A stretch of DNA of 9,517 bases, taken from IMG/VR virus record IMGVR_UViG_2537562091_000001, one strand, 5' to 3'. The notes beneath the pieces are model-generated. The model was not told the DNA's origin. It ran no database searches and worked only from the letters and a program-made list of their open reading frames with translations. Positions within the stretch are counted from its first letter, which is position 1, and the number at the start of each line of letters is the position of its first letter. The position numbers and the translations under genes were made by a program. Shown one piece after another: positions 7,602 through 9,517 of the stretch. Source of the stretch: a virus. Lineage: Duplodnaviria; Heunggongvirae; Uroviricota; Caudoviricetes.

Positions 7602-7960
7602 CTTATTATCCTGCATTGTTAAAAACGGCAGAATCCTATGTGACAACAATTAAACGATAGTTAAATGGATTGATGAAAATTAAAACTATATAGGTGGATG
7701 CTCAGCCTATTGGAGGAGGGGGGCACTCAGAATCCTGTGGAATGAAATAAACCGCTCTTTCTGTCCATTACCCTTTTAGCTGCGCTGTATCGTCGCCGTA
7801 TTCCCGCATTAACCATGACCGTAGCCCGACGGGGAATTCCTTCTGCGTGAGTGTGCGGGAATAATCAAAAACGATGCACACCGGGTTTTACTGTGCTGAC
7901 AGACGCAGGGTTACCCTCATAGTCGCTTTTCCGGTGCGATGGTGGAAGAAACCGGGATGT

Positions 7961-8155
7961 TTATTCATCATCACTCTGGATTGATGTATATGCTCTCTTT
8001 TCTGACGTTAGTCTCCGACGGCAGGCTTCAATGACCCAGGCTGAGAAATTCCCAGACCCTTTTTGCTCAAGAGCGATGTTAATTTGTTCAATCATTTGGT
8101 TAGGAAAGCGGATGTTGCGGGTTGTTGTTCTGCGGGTTCTGTTCTTAGTTGACAT
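7961..8155 (-). CDS. ylcI: Small 64-aa protein with a predicted ribbon-helix-helix-like DNA-binding pattern; by position the ylcI (DUF3950) equivalent
   Basis: ORF MSTKNRTRRTTTRNIRFPNQMIEQINIALEQKGSGNFSAWVIEACRRRL...; a basic N-terminus, then a beta-strand-like RNIRFP followed by two helices, resembles Arc/CopG-type folds (inference). It sits between bor and cos, as ylcI does in DLP12. Confidence 0.55.
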   Translation of the reverse strand: MSTKNRTRRTTTRNIRFPNQMIEQINIALEQKGSGNFSAWVIEACRRRLTSEKRAYTSIQSDDE

Positions 8156-8319
8156 GAGGTTGCCCCGTATTCAGTGTCGCTGATTTGTATTGTCTGAAGT
8201 TGTTTTTACGTTAAGTTGATGCAGATCAATTAATACGATACCTGCGTCATAATTGATTATTTGACGTGGTTTGATGGCGTAGATGCACGTTGTGACATGT
8301 AGATGATAATTATTATCAT

Positions 8320-8543
8320 TTTGCGGGTCCTTTCCGGCGATCCGACAGGTTACGGGGCGGCGACCTCGCGGGTTTTCGCTATTTATGAAAATTTTCCGGT
8401 TTAAGGCATTTCCGTTCTTCTTCGTCGTAACTTAATGTTTTTATTTAAAATACCCCCTGAAAAGAAAGGAAACGACAGGTGCTGAAAACGAGCTTTTGGG
8501 CCTCTGTCGTTTCCTTTCTCTGTTTTTGGCCGTGGAATGAACA
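8320..8543. other. Lambda-type cos site: cosQ/nick region, cosN 12-nt cohesive-end sequence gggcggcgacct at 8355-8366, and cosB (terminase/IHF binding region) extending to the nohD start
   Basis: Sequence around 8321-8540 matches the joined right and left ends of lambda as recalled (tccgacaggttacg | gggcggcgacct | cgcgggttttcgctatttatgaaaattttccgg...), with a few substitutions; the Nu1-like ORF starts about 190 bp downstream, as in lambda. Confidence 0.85.
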
Positions 8544-9095
8544 ATGGAAGTCAACAAAAAGCAGCTGGCTGACATTTTCGGTGCGAGTATCCGTACCATT
8601 CAGAACTGGCAGGAACAGGGAATGCCCGTTCTGCGAGGCGGTGGCAAGGGTAATGAGGTGCTTTATGACTCTGCCGCCGTTATAAGATGGTATGCCGAAA
8701 GGGATGCTGAAATTGAGAACGAAAAGCTGCGCCGGGAAGTTGAAGAACTGCGGCAGGCCAGCGAGACAGATCTCCAGCCAGGGACTATTGAGTACGAACG
8801 CCATCGACTTACGCGTGCGCAGGCCGACGCACAGGAGCTGAAAAATGCCAGAGACTCCGCTGAAGTGGTGGAAACCGCATTCTGTACTTTCGTGCTGTCG
8901 CGGATCGCAGGTGAAATTGCCAGTATTCTCGACGGGATCCCCCTGTCGGTGCAGCGGCGTTTTCCGGAACTGGAAAACCGACATGTTGATTTCCTGAAAC
9001 GGGATATCATCAAAGCCATGAACAAAGCAGCCGCGCTGGATGAACTGATACCGGGGTTATGGGCGTTGGCCTCAACACGATTTTACGTCACTTAA
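8544..9095 (+). CDS. nohD: Terminase small subunit Nu1 homologue, C-terminally truncated: Nu1-like residues 1 to about 171, then 11 codons and a stop read from IS1 DNA (fusion ORF of 183 aa)
   Basis: Translation [46 protein letters not shown]... follows lambda Nu1 (winged-helix N-terminus) up to ...[10 protein letters not shown], then diverges into [11 protein letters not shown] encoded by IS1 sequence; no terminase large-subunit gene follows. Confidence 0.85.
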   Translation: MEVNKKQLADIFGASIRTIQNWQEQGMPVLRGGGKGNEVLYDSAAVIRWYAERDAEIENEKLRREVEELRQASETDLQPGTIEYERHRLTRAQADAQELKNARDSAEVVETAFCTFVLSRIAGEIASILDGIPLSVQRRFPELENRHVDFLKRDIIKAMNKAAALDELIPGLWALASTRFYVT

Positions 9096-9517
9096 AAAAC
9101 TCAGGCCGCAGTCGGTAACCTCGCGCATACAGCCGGGCAGTGACGTCATCGTCTGCGCGGAAATGGACGAACAGTGGGGCTATGTCGGGGCTAAATCGCG
9201 CCAGCGCTGGCTGTTTTACGCGTATGACAGGCTACGGAAGACGGTTGTTGCGCACGTATTCGGTGAACGCACGATGGCGACGCTGGGGCGTCTTATGAGC
9301 CTGCTGTCACCCTTTGACGTGGTGATATGGATGACGGATGGCTGGCCGCTGTATGAATCCCGCCTGAAGGGAAAGCTGCACGTAATCAGCAAGCGATATA
9401 CGCAGCGAATTGAGCGGCAGTAACCTGAATCTGAGGCAGCACCTGGCACGGCTGGGACGGAAGTCGCTGTCGTTCTCAAAATCGGTGGAGCTGCATGACA
9501 AAGTCATCGGGCATTAT
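9059..9517 (+). mobile_element. IS1 fragment lacking its left end (IS1 coordinates about 283 to 743), joined directly to nohD; runs to the window end
   Basis: From 9059 the sequence matches internal IS1 (atgggcgttggcctcaacacgattttacgtcacttaaaaaactcaggccgc...), with no terminal inverted repeat at the junction; positions 9059 to about 9243 are the reverse complement of positions about 186 to 1. Confidence 0.9.
9061..9423 (+). pseudogene. insB: IS1 insB remnant: lacks the insA-insB 5' region and carries an apparent +1 frameshift near 9420 relative to canonical InsB
   Basis: InsB frame reads [17 protein letters not shown]...[10 protein letters not shown] then stops at 9421-9423, while the canonical InsB C-terminus [31 protein letters not shown] continues in the next frame (ggcagtaacc here versus ggcataacc as recalled). 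Confidence 0.6.

Noticed and set aside
6390-7622. ORFs 6390-6575, 6910-7101, 7115-7327 (minus) and 7389-7622 (plus) overlapping rrrD, rzpD and borD
   Set aside because: Antisense shadows of recognised lysis and bor genes; only rzoD (7035-7217, same strand, +1 frame, strong RBS, lipobox) was accepted as a genuine embedded gene.
8445-9025. ORFs 8445-8984 (minus), 8479-8685 (plus) and 8663-9025 (minus) overlapping cos and nohD
   Set aside because: They overlap the cos region and the clearly Nu1-like frame; no support as genes.
9051-9060. Canonical IS1 insertion into nohD with target-site duplication
   Set aside because: The junction is with internal IS1 sequence and no inverted repeat is present, so it was reinterpreted as a deletion or rearrangement scar.
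9216-9507. Minus-strand ORFs 9216-9479 and 9307-9507 inside the right IS1 fragment
   Set aside because: Antisense to insB within IS1; not credible as independent genes.
1-9517. CRISPR array, tRNA or rRNA genes, integron or novel defence system
   Set aside because: No direct-repeat/spacer periodicity, no tRNA-like cloverleaf candidates and no unexplained multi-gene cluster were seen; every long ORF is accounted for by known prophage or IS1 genes.

Overview
The window looks like a segment of a DLP12-type defective lambdoid prophage of Escherichia coli, bracketed by two inverted IS1 copies. Left to right: an IS1 copy (minus strand, cut by the window edge); an AT-rich cargo module (ybcL, ybcM); a lambda-like nin region (ybcN, ninE, ybcO, rusA, ylcG) ending in the Q antiterminator quuD; a hairpin-rich spacer that likely encodes the sRNA IpeX; an intact porin gene nmpC on the opposite strand; a phage-21-type lysis cassette (pinholin essD, SAR endolysin rrrD, spanin rzpD with embedded rzoD); borD; a 64-aa ylcI-like gene; a lambda-like cos site; and a Nu1 homologue (nohD) whose last codons are replaced by internal IS1 sequence. 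No tRNA, rRNA or CRISPR array was seen. I did not find a convincing previously undescribed system; the most unusual features are structural (the nohD/IS1 junction, the inverted IS1 pair, the intact nmpC, the retained cos site). All homology calls rest on recalled protein and DNA sequences, not on a database search, and would need alignment to confirm.
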